A DNA stretch of 64,000 nt from Basidiobolus meristosporus CBS 931.73. Its lineage: Eukaryota; Fungi; Basidiobolomycota. The notes below the pieces were generated by a model. That model made no database searches. It had not been told where the DNA came from and was given only the letters and a program-made list of their open reading frames with translations. The stretch is taken from positions 1 through 64,000 of the forward strand of contig MCFE01000227.1 in the NCBI GenBank assembly GCA_002104905.1, written 5' to 3'. Of this stretch, positions 63,585-64,000 are shown piece by piece. A program made the translations under genes and the position numbers. How positions within the stretch are numbered: position 1 is the stretch's first letter; each line of letters opens with the position of its first letter.

Positions 63585-64000
63585 CCAGATATGTTCTGGT
63601 AATATCATGTCAAAAGAAGCTCAAGCAGTCCAAAAAATATTGCAAAGCTACAAAGTACCACACTCAGTATCAATTAAGCGCAAACATACCCAATGTACTT
63701 TATGGCAAATATTACAAACAGCTAAGATGTAAAGGCAACTTTGAAGGTATGTATGACCATGGCTTTGCTCTAGCACTTGATATATTCTCATTAAACAAGT
63801 ACTCTACCAGCAAATCCTGCTGGCCACTGATTCTTGTCAACCCAAATCTGCTGCCTATCTTACGGCATTAGAGCCAAAATCTGATGGTAGTGTCACTGGT
63901 ATTGGGGCCTAAATCACTGTCCAGCCTGGATAGCTACCTGTATCCATTGCTGGATAAGTTTGGTATGCTTTCCAGCAGGATAACAGTAAATGGCCATCAT

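Larger units (their letters stand above)
59586..64000 (+). mobile_element. En/Spm relic running off the window end, interrupted by nested LTRs
   Basis: CCCTATGAG terminus; transposase motifs resume at 63585 (GNFEGMYDHGFALALD...SCWPLILVNPNL). Confidence 0.8.

Noticed and set aside
13700-64000. Classical Neurospora CpA-type RIP
   Set aside because: CA and TG are abundant and CG is the missing dinucleotide; the youngest element still has open frames.

Overview
Eukaryotic, almost certainly fungal DNA (short spliceosomal introns with CTAAC/CTAAT branch points; fungal-type TEs). A ~9 kb CpG-retaining gene island (~4.65-13.6 kb) holds a PQ-loop membrane protein gene (+, 6 exons) and a 4-LIM paxillin-like gene (-, 8 exons, 859 aa). 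It sits in a CpG-depleted, nested transposon graveyard. The graveyard is dominated by decayed CMC/En-Spm (CACTA-like) elements with CCCTATG...CATAGGG termini and 3-bp TSDs. It also contains Ty1/Copia relics, one near-intact Ty3 element (1078-bp LTRs, one frameshift), several solo LTRs, and a non-autonomous AGACTTGTTCC-terminated family: one 211-bp MITE and four ~734-bp foldback palindromes. Most notable: (1) the foldback arms co-evolve within each copy, and one copy has mirrored 275 bp of flanking DNA into a 1.28-kb palindrome; (2) all four scorable insertion junctions of one Ty3/LTR family are 4-bp N-CG-N sites although the host DNA is nearly CpG-free; (3) the En/Spm family carries a divergent second gene I cannot assign. 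All coordinates and alignments were read by eye; no database searches were run.
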